This document shows, piece by piece, positions 41,295 to 49,980 of a DNA stretch of 64,000 nt (position 1 is the stretch's first letter; each line of letters starts with the position of its first letter). Under the pieces are notes generated by a model that did no database searches, had not been told where the DNA came from, and was given only the letters and a program-made list of their open reading frames with translations. Source of the stretch: an uncultured Planctomycetaceae bacterium (lineage in GTDB: Bacteria > Planctomycetota > Planctomycetia > Planctomycetales > Planctomycetaceae); assembly GCA_963813715.1 (NCBI GenBank), contig CAWFAK010000009.1, positions 480,001-544,000 on the forward strand. Reading direction: 5' to 3'. A program made the translations under genes and the position numbers.

Positions 41295-44200
41295 TCAGTG
41301 GAAGTCGCGTGAGGAGACGCCCAGGTCGGCGATGCGTTTGGAGAGGTCGTCGAGGCGGTTGACCAGGATGTGGATCACGTTGTCCTGGCGCTGCAGGCGG
41401 CCGTGGGCCAGCATGGCGGTGGCCGTGCGGGCCGCGTGGTGATAGCGCTCCCAGACTTCGGGCCGCACGATCAGGTTGGCGAAGCCTGTTTCGTCTTCCA
41501 GCGTGACGAAGGTGATGCCGCTGGCCGTGCCCGGACGCTGCCGCATCAACGTCAGTCCGGCGACTTTCACCGGCCGATCGATGGGCAGGATCGCCAGGTC
41601 GGACGCCTTGGCCACGCCCATCCGCTCGAGGCCGGCCCGCAAGAATTTCATCGGATGGTCCTTGAGCGACAACCCCGTCGCCCGATAGTCGTCCACGACT
41701 TCTGCCAAGGGCGAAGCCGCCGGCAACGCGACGGCCGGCTCTTCATTGAGTCCAAAGTCCAAGGTCCAAGGTCCAAGGTCGGACGATTCCGAAGATGGGG
41801 TGGCGGTCTTTGACTTTGGACTTTGGACTTTGGACTTTGGCATACTGTTCTGCGCCGGCAGCGATTTCCACAAAGCCCGTCGGCGGCCCACCGTCAACGA
41901 GCCAAAGGCATCGGCCTGCGAGAGCCGGGCTAAGACCGCGCTGCTCAGTCGCGTGCGACGGGCAAAATTCTCGAACGAAACAAACGGCCCGTCCGCCCGC
42001 CGCTCGCAGATCACGTCGACCTGCGCTTGCGACAATCCCTTCACCAGGCGGAAGCCGAGGCGTAAGGCTAAGTCCAAGGTCCAAGGTCCAAAGTCCAAGG
42101 TCAGGAAATCGGAAGACACCCCATCGCGCCGACTTTGGACTTTGGACTTTGGACTTTGGACTGCTTCTTCCCGACTTTGGACTTTTTCCAGCGTCGCGTC
42201 CCATTCGCTGTGGTTGACGTCGACCGGGCGGATTTCGACGCCGTGGTCGCGGGCGTTGGCGACGAGCTGGGCCACGGCATAAAAACCCATCGGCTGGCTG
42301 TTGAGCAGGGCGGCCGCGAAGACGGCCGGCTCGTAGCGCTTGATCCAGGCCGACGCGTAAACCAACAGGGCAAAACTGGCCGCGTGCGATTCGGGAAAGC
42401 CATATTCGCCGAAACCGCGAATCTGGTTGAACAGCCGCTCGGCGAAATCGTCCGAATAGCCGTTCTTGGCCATTCCTGTGAGGAGTTTGTCGCGAAAACG
42501 ATCCATTTCTCCGGTTTTGCGCCAAGCTCCCATGGCGCGACGGAGTTGGTCGGCTTCTCCCGGCGTGAAACCACCGGCGATCACCGCCAACTTCATCGCC
42601 TGCTCTTGAAACAGCGGGACGCCGAGAGTTTTTACCAGCACACTCTTGATTCGCTCGTCGGGATAATCGACCGGTTCCTCTCTCGCTCGCCTCCTCAAAT
42701 AAGGATGAACCATATCCCCTTGGATGGGACCTGGGCGGACGATGGCGACTTCAATCACCAGGTCATAAAAATCCTTCGGCTTAAGCCGCGGCAGCATGGC
42801 CATCTGAGCGCGGCTCTCGATTTGGAACACGCCCATGGTGTCGGCGCGCTGAATCATGCGATACACCTCCGGGTCTTCGGCGGGGACAGTCGCCAGCGTC
42901 AGTTTGCGACCCCGATGTTTGTGGATCAGGTCAAAACCTTTGCGGATCGCCGTCAGCATTCCGAGCGCCAGGCAATCGACCTTGAGGATGCCGAGGCTAT
43001 CCAGGTCGTCCTTGTCCCATTCGATCACCGTGCGGCCGGGCATCGAGGCGTTTTCGATCGGCACGACTTCGCACAAAGGCTTTTGCGTCAGCACCATTCC
43101 GCCGACATGCTGCGAGAGATGTCGCGGAAAGCCGAGCACCTGCTGGACCAGGCTATTTAATTGCCTGGCTCGTCGGGCACGCGGATTGAAGCCCGATTCA
43201 CGGAAGCGGCCGGCGAGCTTTTCGCATTCGTTGTAGTTCTCGAGATTCTTGGCCAGCACGTCGACCTCTTCCAGTGAGTAGCCGAGTGCTTTCCCCACGT
43301 CGCGAACGGCCGAGCGCGGCCGATAGCTGATCACCGTGGCGGTCATCCCCGCGCGGTCGCGGCCGTATTTGTCGTAGACGTACTGGATGACTTCTTCGCG
43401 GCGCTCGTGCTCGAAATCGATGTCGATGTCCGGCGCTTCGTCGCGCTCTTTGCTCACGAACCGCTCGAACAGGAGATCGATCTTGACCGGATCGACCGAA
43501 GTCACGCCCAGGCAGTAACAGATGACCGAGTTCGCCGCCGAGCCGCGCCCTGACACAGGATGTCTCGGCCCCGCGCAAACTTCACCAGGTCCCAGACGGT
43601 GAGAAAGTAAGCCTCGTACCGCACCTCTTCGACCAGCTTGAGTTCGTATTCCAGCATTCCGCGGACCTTGTGCGGAATTCCGTCGGGGTAACGCTCCTGT
43701 GCTCCTTGCCACACCAGTCGCGACAGGTGCTCGATCGGCGTGAGGCCGGTCGGGCACAGTTCCTCTGGATATTCATAGCGCAGCTCGTCGAGCGAGAACG
43801 TTGCAGCGATCGGCCAGCTCGACCGTGCGCGACACGGCTTCCGGGCAATCGGCAAACAGCCGCCGCATTTCGGCGGGAGATTTGAGATGCCGCTCGGCGT
43901 TGGGGAATCGCCGATGCCCCAGCTCGGCGACCGTTGTGCCATGACGAACGGCCGTCAGCACGTCCTGCAGCGGCTGGCGGGACGGATCGTGATAGTGGAC
44001 GTCGTTGGCCGCCACGAGCGGCAAGCCGATGCTGCCGGGCCACGTGCCATCAGCGTGTTGCAGACGCAAACGATCGTCGGCTCCGCAGAAGAGTTCGGCC
44101 AGCAAGTGACACCGCTCGCCGAACGACGTCGCGATAAAGTGGCAGCGAGCGTTCGACCGCTTCTTCGTCGCTGCCTTCGGGAAGCCGGACGCAGGCCAGA

Positions 44201-44640
44201 AGTCCGTCGGCGAACTCGGCCACGTCGGCGAAAGTCAGCCGGCAAGTCGCCCTTTTCCGCCTGGCGGCGGCCGCGGGTGATCAACTGCGACAAGCGGCCG
44301 TAAGCGGCCCGGTCGGTGGCGAGGAGCACGACGGGGGCGCATCGTCGGGAGTGATCTCCGCTCCGATCAGCAGTTTCAGGCCGACTTCTTTGGCCGCGAC
44401 GTGTGCCGCGCACGACGCCGGCCACGCTGTTCAAATCCGTGATCGCCAGCGCCCGACAGCCGCAGCTCGGCGGCCCGCTGCACCAATTCGTCGGGATGCG
44501 AGGCCCCTTCAAGAAAACAGAAATTCGTTTTGCAGTGCAGCTCGGCGTAAGGAAATGCCGGCTCGCGATCCGCGTCCGGGCTCGTCGGCCGGCGGCGTCA
44601 GCGGGGCACGGATCCGTTTTGGTGCAGGAGGATCGGGCAT
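41295..44640 (-). CDS. dnaE2: Error-prone DNA polymerase III alpha (DnaE2/ImuC), several frameshifts in the 5' third
   Basis: YAELHCKTNF.FLEGASHPDEL PHP start, GRGSAANS, PDIDIDFEHERREEVIQY, GFPRHLSQHVGG, YGFPESHAASFA, C-terminal SRDFH. Confidence 0.92.
41749..41840. repeat. Heptamer-repeat hairpin element E1, in frame in dnaE2
   Basis: (GTCCAAR)4GTC - 31-nt loop - GAC(TTTGGAC)3TTTGG. Confidence 0.9.
42071..42185. repeat. Heptamer-repeat hairpin element E2, in frame in dnaE2
   Basis: (GTCCAAR)4GTC - 28-nt loop - GAC(TTTGGAC)4, plus a partial arm at 42173-42185. Confidence 0.9.
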
Positions 44641-44646
44641 CGTTCG

Positions 44647-44787
44647 GGCGAGCGGCAGGTGTCAGCCTGCCGGTTCTTTGGGTTTTCAGAGAGCTGGACC
44701 GGCTGACACGGAACAAAAAACAAACAGACAGAACAGAACAGCATGAAAAAAACAGAAGAACCGGCGGGCTGACACCCGCCGCTCGCC
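44647..44787. repeat. Inverted REP-like doublet (family C) with A-rich spacer between imuB and dnaE2
   Basis: ggcgagcggcaggtgtcagcctgccggttctt ... aagaaccggcgggctgacacccgccgctcgcc. Confidence 0.85.
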
Positions 44788-44801
44788 GGGTCAAATTCGC
44801 A

Positions 44802-46323
44802 TCAAAATTCTCCATGAACGAACCACGATCCTTCGTCTCGGGCGTGGAACAACCACAGCCGTTGGCCATCTTCAGTGTCGGCCCGGAAGTAGTCACGGTG
44901 GACGGCGGGGAAACGCCACCAGCCGGTCTCGATTCGTTCCGGGCCTTCGCAGTGCACAATGAGTTGATCGCGATCGGCCCAGTGCAGGCGAATGGGAGGT
45001 CCGTGAGGGACGACCGAAAAAACCTCCACCGGCACCGGCTCGGGAAACAGCCGCAACGGCCGCCGTGGCAGCGATTCGCGAACGAAAGAGCCGCGCACGA
45101 AGTAAGCGGTCTTTTGTTCTTCTTGTTCCTGAGCCGAACGACGGGCACGATGCAGCCGCTTCGTTGTCGGCGAGTCTTTTAAAGGAGAAGTTTGCTCCGC
45201 CAGGGTCGCGTACTCGACGGCCCGCTCGGGCTGATAATCGGGAGCCAGGCGCGGACAGAGCACGGCTCGCGGGCCGAGACGATTGCTCAACCGGTTGAGG
45301 AGCGAATCGAGATCCCGGCGGGCGTGGCGATGTTCGGCCGACTCGAACAGGGCCGACTGGTCGGCATCCAGAGGCGCGGTGCGGACCACGCGCAGCGTCG
45401 CGCCGGCCAATCGACCACGCAGCTGCACACGCTCCAGCTGCAGCCGCAGCAGTTCCCGCAGCCGCTTGGAATCGAGGCTGGGGCGAACCAGGCCGACGGT
45501 GAATCGCGTCGGCTCGTGGCCGGAAACGGTCAGCTCGATGTCGAGCTGCAGAATGCCGGCGTTGCGCCGTTCGAGCGGTTTCATCACCCGTTCGAGCAGA
45601 CGCTGCAAGATGATTTCGATCGCCGCCCGGTTTTCGAGCGGCGGCTCGCAGCCATACGCGGCTTCGATCGGCTCTTCCGGCCGCTCGGGAACGAGAGGCT
45701 CGGGAATTTCTCCCAGCGCCTGATCGAGGCGTCGCAAAATTTCCGGACCGAACCGGGAGGGCAGCGTTTCCCGCGGCAGGGCGGCGACGTGGCCGATGGT
45801 CGACAGTCCCAGGGAGTGCAGCACTTCCGCGACATTCGCGGAGATCCGCAAAGCCTCGACCGGCAGCCGGGCTCAGCGCCTGCGCCGAACGACCGGGAAG
45901 CACGATCAGCGGACCGTTCGCCGTGCGCGTCACCGCCCAGGCCGCGCCGATGGTGTCGGCCACGGCCGCGCGGGCGAGGAATCCCCAACCTCGAAAGTCG
46001 GCCACCACCTGCCGCACCATCCGCGGTTCGCCGCCGAAGAGATGCGCGCCGCCGGTGATATCTAAGAAGAGCGAAGCGGGAGTTTCCGACTCTTCGAGGC
46101 CGACGAGCGGACTGTAGCGACGGCAGCGATGAGCCAGGGAACGGAGGAGTCCAAGGTCCAAAGTCCCAGGTCCAAGGTCGGGAGATTCAGACGCTGTCGT
46201 GTCAGTCTTTGACTTTGGACTTTGGACCTTCGACCTTGGACCCGCTTGTTCGTCAGGCGCGAGCCCGCTTGGGCACGGTGGCTGGAGACGTTGGAGCAAT
46301 CGGACGCACAGTATTCGTCGCAT
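44802..46323 (-). CDS. imuB: Y-family polymerase-like ImuB (frameshift near 45870)
   Basis: MRRILCV, LFLDITGGAHLFGGE, AVADTIGAAWA, RFG...RLDQALG, GPERIETGWW...RDYF...WFVHGEF; lies between imuA and dnaE2. Confidence 0.88.
46148..46241. repeat. Heptamer-repeat hairpin element E3, in frame in imuB
   Basis: agtccaaggtccaaagtcccaggtccaaggtc - 31-nt loop - gactttggactttggaccttcgaccttggac. Confidence 0.88.
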
Positions 46324-47182
46324 CGTCGTATTCCAAGAGAGCGAACCTTTCGCCGGCTGCTCCTCGTCGGCAACGAAGGACTTCGACACGCCAACGCCGT
46401 GCGGACGATGAGTCTCCCTCGCCCATCGCCTCGATCCCGAGTCGCACGTCGCTCCAAGAGGGCTCGCCCCGCGCGGTCGGGGGGCGAATCAAAAAACCGA
46501 GACCGCCGCCGCGCTCGACCGAGAGCTGCAAGCGGCGGAAGACCCGCGCGGAGAGTTTTTGTAGGCGACAGAAGGTGACGGCCACGCCCCGCGAGGCCAG
46601 CGCCTGCTCGAGGGCCCACAAAGTTTCCACACTGGCCGCGGCCGGACTTTTCGACCGCTTCGCTGCTGCGCGCTTTGCTGGTGCGCTCTCTGTGCCTGCG
46701 CCGTGCCCCGCGGCTTTGCCCGGGCGGACGACGATCAGCCGCTCCAGGTCGATTCCCAGGGCGGCCGCCGCGGGAGGATACAGGCTCTCTTCGTCGTCGA
46801 TCACGATCAGCACCCGGTCTTCGCCGAGAGCGGCGCGGGCGGCCAGGAGCGCGAGCTGATCGGCCGAACCTTTTCCCGCCACCCACTCGATGAGCGTTCC
46901 CGCGCGAAAGCCGGCGTCGGGCAGGAGGCGATCGAGCGTTTCGATGCCGCTGGAAATTGTGTCGCCAGTCCCGCGAACCGGATGTGAACCGCGCTCCAGT
47001 TTTTGCAGCTGATCCGCCAACCGCCCCAGCGTGAGCGTCCGCGCGAGGGCCGGGTCGCTCTCCACTAAACTGTCCAGTGAGCCGCGCGGTGTGGAATCGG
47101 TGCGCGGTGCGGAGGGGCCAGCCGCCTGGGGCGCGCCTCCGGTAACGCAGTCGATCGCTCGTAGGGGTGAGTTGTCCGTCAT
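46253..47182 (-). CDS. imuA: ImuA / RecA-like translesion accessory protein
   Basis: ISSGIETLDRLLPDAGFRAGTLIEW, YPPAAAALGIDLERLIVVRP, LWALEQAL, FRRLQLSVE; overlaps the imuB start. Confidence 0.85.
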   Translation of the reverse strand: MTDNSPLRAIDCVTGGAPQAAGPSAPRTDSTPRGSLDSLVESDPALARTLTLGRLADQLQKLERGSHPVRGTGDTISSGIETLDRLLPDAGFRAGTLIEWVAGKGSADQLALLAARAALGEDRVLIVIDDEESLYPPAAAALGIDLERLIVVRPGKAAGHGAGTESAPAKRAAAKRSKSPAAASVETLWALEQALASRGVAVTFCRLQKLSARVFRRLQLSVERGGGLGFLIRPPTARGEPSWSDVRLGIEAMGEGDSSSARRWRVEVLRCRRGAAGERFALLEYDDATNTVRPIAPTSPATVPKRARA

Positions 47183-47217
47183 AACATTATGTATACATTT
47201 GTATCGTACTGCGTCAA
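47183..47217 (-). promoter_or_regulatory. Probable sigma-70 promoter of imuA with overlapping palindromes (candidate SOS operator)
   Basis: TTGACG (47212-47217) - 16 nt - TATACA (47190-47195); palindromes ATGTATACAT and TACA-AA-TGTA; AT-rich island in GC-rich DNA. Confidence 0.55.
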
Positions 47218-47285
47218 GCCAGAAAATGAGTGGTTTTTTTGCGGAAATTTTCGGCGGGGGGCGGCTCCGTAGGGCAAGCTGCCAG

Positions 47286-47540
47286 TGTTGAGACCGGACA
47301 CCCCTCCGCGTTCCTGTCTCGCAGATCAATGCGGGTAATCTTCTGCCAGCAATAAAACACCTGCCAGACTCCCTCGGTCGTCGTCGGCCGAAGAGCGACG
47401 GCTTCGCCCGCAAATGCCTCGCTGATTTTGATCACCTGTCCCCGAAAACTCAGTTGCCCCACGGGATTCACCTTGCGGACTTCGTCGCCCTCGTCGTATT
47501 CGATCGGCGGAAGATGCTCCGGAAACTCACGTCGGCTGAC
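47286..47540 (-). mobile_element. Right-end remnant of an IS481-family-like element (transposase C-terminus plus terminal TGT)
   Basis: VSRREFPEHLPPIEYDEGDEVRKVNPVGQLSFRG...GEAVALRPTTTEGVWQVFYC..ITRIDLR; end TGTTGAGACCGGACA at 47286. Confidence 0.68.
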
Positions 47541-47590
47541 CGCGTCGCTCTACGGAGCGCCTCGGTCACCCGACGCCGGGTAAGCTGGCA

Positions 47591-47759
47591 CAGTACTTCC
47601 CAAATTCCGCTTTTCACAAACCCTTAGAGCCAGGGCTGAGCTGCGAGTTTTCTGCAAGAAAAGCAGGTAAGAATCGGACCGCGCGTCGATCTTGGATTTC
47701 GCTACTGCCGGTTGAGTTAGGGGTTCTGGACGAAAGAAGAGTGTGATTTGGAAGTACTG
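47591..47759. mobile_element. 169-bp non-autonomous element (MITE) with CAGTACTTCC terminal inverted repeats and TGGCA target-site duplication, inside a family A REP
   Basis: gggtaagc-TGGCA-[cagtacttcccaaat...atttggaagtactg]-TGGCA-gcttgtcctacgg. Confidence 0.82.
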
Positions 47760-47912
47760 TGGCAGCTTGTCCTACGGAAGCGGTGACCGGCCGCGGACCA
47801 ACTGGAAAACGCGGGCGGGCTCTGTTAGGTTACGGAGCTTGAAAACCGGCGATCGTAAACGCCAAGCGTGCGACGCAAATCGTGCTCTCTTGGGCACTTA
47901 AGGAAGGCGATT

Positions 47913-48464
47913 GTGAGTCTCGTGCTCGAAGCAAAACCCCAGGCGATTTCCGGTGTCAGTGCGGGAACGGAAGCCGAGATTATGACGGCCTATCCGACGC
48001 TGGCGGCGACCGGCTTGGGTCGGGCCATCGGCAGCCTGTGCGATGCGGTGCCGCTGAAGACGTACGGCATTCCCTGGTGGCGGATGATGATTGCCGCCGT
48101 GCTGGCACTGGTGGTGGTGCCGATCGCGGGGACGATCGGGCTGATTTTGTATTTCGTCACCAAGATGACGGGACAGCGGTTCGTGCTGACCAATCGCGCC
48201 TTGCAGGTGCGGCAGATGATCGGCGTGCGGCTCAACTCGCAGGCGTCGCTGTCGGACATCAAAAGCATCGACATTCAGGAGTTGCCCGGGCAGGCCTTCT
48301 ACAAGGCGGCCGACCTCCTCGTGAAGGGGGGCGACGGCAAAACGCTGGTGCGGCTGGAAGGCGTGCAACGCCCCGCCGTATTCCGCCAAACGATCCTGGA
48401 AGCCCGCGACGCGCGGCAGCAGGTCGAAGAATCGCTGAAGGCGATCCAGTCGCGGAAGATCTGA
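47913..48464 (+). CDS. Membrane protein with bacterial PH (bPH-like) domain
   Basis: Two TM helices, then RFVLTNRAL...SLSDIKSIDI...QAFYKAADL; RBS AGGAAGG before GTG. Confidence 0.72.
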   Translation: MSLVLEAKPQAISGVSAGTEAEIMTAYPTLAATGLGRAIGSLCDAVPLKTYGIPWWRMMIAAVLALVVVPIAGTIGLILYFVTKMTGQRFVLTNRALQVRQMIGVRLNSQASLSDIKSIDIQELPGQAFYKAADLLVKGGDGKTLVRLEGVQRPAVFRQTILEARDARQQVEESLKAIQSRKI

Positions 48465-48607
48465 GATGATCGGCGCGAGGTCTCCGGAGGCTCACGCCCC
48501 TGGGCTCGGATCTGTGTCGCGATTGAGCGAACTCCATGTGAATAGCGAAACTGAGCCGGGGGCGTCGGCCCCCAGAGAAACAGCAGAGTTACGATTGAAG
48601 AGAAGAG

Positions 48608-48637
48608 CACTGGCGGCCAGAGCCGCCAGTGGCACCC
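48608..48637. repeat. Single family B-like palindrome variant
   Basis: cactggcggccagagccgccagtggcaccc. Confidence 0.65.
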
Positions 48638-48770
48638 GAGCGAACACAGGCAAGCGTTGCGAGCCTGATCTCATCGTAGAAATGGGTCGAGAGCTGTCTA
48701 GCAATACGATTCCGGTTTAAAGCCCGTCGCTACGGCCCGTCGCTACGGATCGGATAGGAGTACGACGCTC

Positions 48771-49802
48771 ATGTTCAATCAGATGAAGGGGCGGTTCACG
48801 CGCGCGGGACTCATCGCCGTGATCGCGCTCTTTAGTGCAGGAATCATTTCGGCGGAGGAACGTGCGCTGCGCAATGCTTCGACCGAAGTGCGTCGCCTGC
48901 TCCCTTGGTTTCCCGAAGACACGGAGACGCTCCTCGCTGCCCAGTCCTTTGCGGTGCCGCGGCCTTCCTCCGTTGACGCGTTCGAGAGCAAATGGGCCAT
49001 TTTGATGCCTTCGCTCGCGATGGGCGAGTTCGACCAGTACCTCGAGCCATTGGTCGACCGAAAGATTCTAATCGCTTTAAAGGGAATTCGCCGCTCGCAA
49101 CCGGTCGGCTCACTGGGGGATTTCTATGCCGAAGGCTGCGTAGTCGTCGTCTTTGAGCGAGATCTGGGCGACGCCGGCGTCGAATGGACCAGCGCTCTTC
49201 GTAAAGGTGCCGAGGAAATCCGAAAAATCGCCGGCCGCGAAGTCTTTTGTTTATCCCCCGGTTCGAGCCGAGCTCGCGCTCGCAGGCACCCGTTGATCTA
49301 CTTTCTGCGACTGGCACCCGACACGATCTTGTGCGCCTCCCACGACGAGTATTTGCGAGAACTGCTCAATCGCATCGATACGGCTCCGCGCGGACGGGCG
49401 TTTCCCGACAGCCTTCCGCAGTGGGGGACCATCGACCGCTCGGCTCCCGTCTGGATGATCCGCAAGGTCCCAGCGAGCCAACAGAAGCTCGTTGAAGGAG
49501 TGACCTGGACTTGGGCGAACGACCAGGCGCGGGTTGTTTATCTGCCGCGCGGTTCCTCGGCCGAACGAGTCCTCGACCGAGCGCGCAGATTCTGGGAGGG
49601 CAGCAAGGCGGCGGAGGACATTCCGGGCCTGGCCCCACTGAGCGAATCACTTCGCAAAGTGATTCACTGTGAGCTCGGCAAACAAGGCCGCGTCACCGTT
49701 TCCTTCAAAACTGAGGGACAAGAACAACAAACTGTCCGGTTCCCGCTGTATTTGTTGCTGTTCCACGCCCAGATCGAGGATGGGGACGTCGGCCCAACGT
49801 GA
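48771..49802 (+). CDS. Hypothetical secreted protein
   Basis: RBS AGGAG, signal peptide, 343-aa ORF; no motif recognised. Confidence 0.65.
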   Translation: MFNQMKGRFTRAGLIAVIALFSAGIISAEERALRNASTEVRRLLPWFPEDTETLLAAQSFAVPRPSSVDAFESKWAILMPSLAMGEFDQYLEPLVDRKILIALKGIRRSQPVGSLGDFYAEGCVVVVFERDLGDAGVEWTSALRKGAEEIRKIAGREVFCLSPGSSRARARRHPLIYFLRLAPDTILCASHDEYLRELLNRIDTAPRGRAFPDSLPQWGTIDRSAPVWMIRKVPASQQKLVEGVTWTWANDQARVVYLPRGSSAERVLDRARRFWEGSKAAEDIPGLAPLSESLRKVIHCELGKQGRVTVSFKTEGQEQQTVRFPLYLLLFHAQIEDGDVGPT

Positions 49803-49929
49803 GTCTCGCGGCCCCCAGGGCCGCCGGGTGACTCTAGCGGCCTCCAGGGCCGCCGGCCGTGACTGCTCGTGATCGCACGCCGGTTGTCCGGAGAGAAGAA
49901 AGAGTGGACGTTGGAGTGGGGAGCGCGTC

Positions 49930-49962
49930 AAAACAAAAAAGCCCACAGATCGTTCCGTGGGC
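49930..49962 (-). terminator. Intrinsic terminator of the 49981-50661 gene
   Basis: Minus strand GCCCACGGA-ACGA-TCTGTGGGC-TTTTTT. Confidence 0.75.
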
Positions 49963-49980
49963 GGCGGCAGTGCGCTTGAC

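Noticed and set aside
41749..42185. Heptamer repeats as CRISPR, phase-variable SSR or sequencing artefact
   Set aside because: No spacers; arms are inverted around homologous loops and recur at three sites in frame, which slippage or read error would not produce
41295..46323. Programmed frameshifting or pseudogenisation of dnaE2/imuB
   Set aside because: Indel rate resembles that in unrelated genes across the window; no slippery-site pattern seen
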